DNA of 64,000 bases from the NCBI GenBank assembly GCA_026025795.1, contig JAPEUG010000024.1, positions 1 through 64,000 of the forward strand, read 5' to 3'. The notes below the pieces were generated by a model that saw nothing but the letters and a program-made list of their open reading frames with translations, searched no databases and was not told where the DNA came from. This stretch comes from Thelocarpon superellum (lineage: Eukaryota). The translations under genes and the position numbers were made by a program. Shown in pieces: positions 63,043-64,000 of this stretch (positions are counted from its first letter, which is position 1; each line of letters starts with the position of its first letter).

Positions 63043-64000
63043 GATGTCTCACTCGGCACGTAAAGACAGACCAAAGCGCGATGAGGAAAACGGGGGTGAT
63101 GTAGAAATACACCAGCCGAACCCTTCAGCGGCAGAGGGAGCAGCGGCGGCGAAAAGGACAGAGATGGTGCGGCAGTGGGAGAAGAAAACGAGTGTGTGGG
63201 TCTTCGGCCGAGGGGCGAAGTCTATGGTGGAAGGAATCGTCCGTGCGGCCGTGTCCGACTAGGTTGGGCGGGATTCCGCCGTCGCTGAAACGCGAGTGTT
63301 GAGAGCGGGAGCGGATCTCGTCGGACGACGAGAGTGGGAGCAGAGGAGAAGAAGTGGGAGTCAAGAATTGGGGGTGAATGCGATGGATGGGTGCGCATGG
63401 GAAGAGAGGAGGGAAGGGGAGGGAGAAGAGAGGAAGGATGCGTGGCCAGGTGAAATGCGGTGAGGTAAAGTTAGGTGGAAGTTGGTGAAGTTGCATTGTC
63501 CGCGCAGGTGGTGCGCGCTGGTGCTGGTGGAGGAAATTGTTGCGTGTGCGGAACCGAGCGAGCCAGTGACTGAGCCAGTGAGCCAGTGGGGCCAGTGGGC
63601 CAGTGGGCCCGCGAAAGGCAGCGAGCCAGGAGCGAACAAGATGGCAAAGGCCAGGCCCGGTCCAGCCAAGCTCCGCGCGAAGAGAATCTACCGGGGCGCC
63701 GGAGGCCGCATGTCTCTCGTCTCTCGTCCCTCGTCCCTCGTCCCTCGTCCCTCGTCCTTAGGCCCTCGTCCTCTCGTCCATGTTCGATGAGATCCACGGC
63801 CGTCAGCACGGCTCTCCGCGCTTGGCTAAAATCCGGCTACGATACCTCCGTCCTACATCGAGGTAGCTCCTCGTCCACACCCATCCGCCGTCCTGCCGCT
63901 ACATGACCAGGTCCCTGGTCCCCGGTCACGTCGTAGTCCCCTGTACTTGTACCAGACTCGCGTGGGAGAGCGCGGGCGCACCTGGTCAGTTCGGTAAGGT

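Overview
GC-rich, gene-dense eukaryotic DNA from a filamentous ascomycete (Pezizomycotina-type, inferred from short GT..CTRAC..YAG introns and orthologue types). About 19 intron-containing protein genes: glycogen synthase, FPP synthase, APC8/Cdc23, a large SesB-like hydrolase-SH3-zinc finger-ankyrin protein, an atypical ATP-dependent DNA ligase, Vps1, intein-less Vma1, a P450, WDR26/Gid7, a Trk K+ transporter, an acidic orphan, cysteine synthase, condensin Ycg1, an RmlD-like reductase, a PTH11-like receptor, a flavin monooxygenase, a PH-domain protein, an F-box protein and an Nrp1-like RNA-binding protein. A U4 snRNA gene lies on the minus strand at 47171-47295. The best leads are three. (1) A degenerate ~39-nt-period interspaced repeat array fills an oversized intron of the SesB-like gene. 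(2) That gene looks like a fungal NLR whose NOD domain is replaced by SH3 and zinc-finger modules. (3) A telomerase-RNA-like set of signals lies between vps1 and the ligase. All calls were made by eye without database searches, and exon boundaries are manual.
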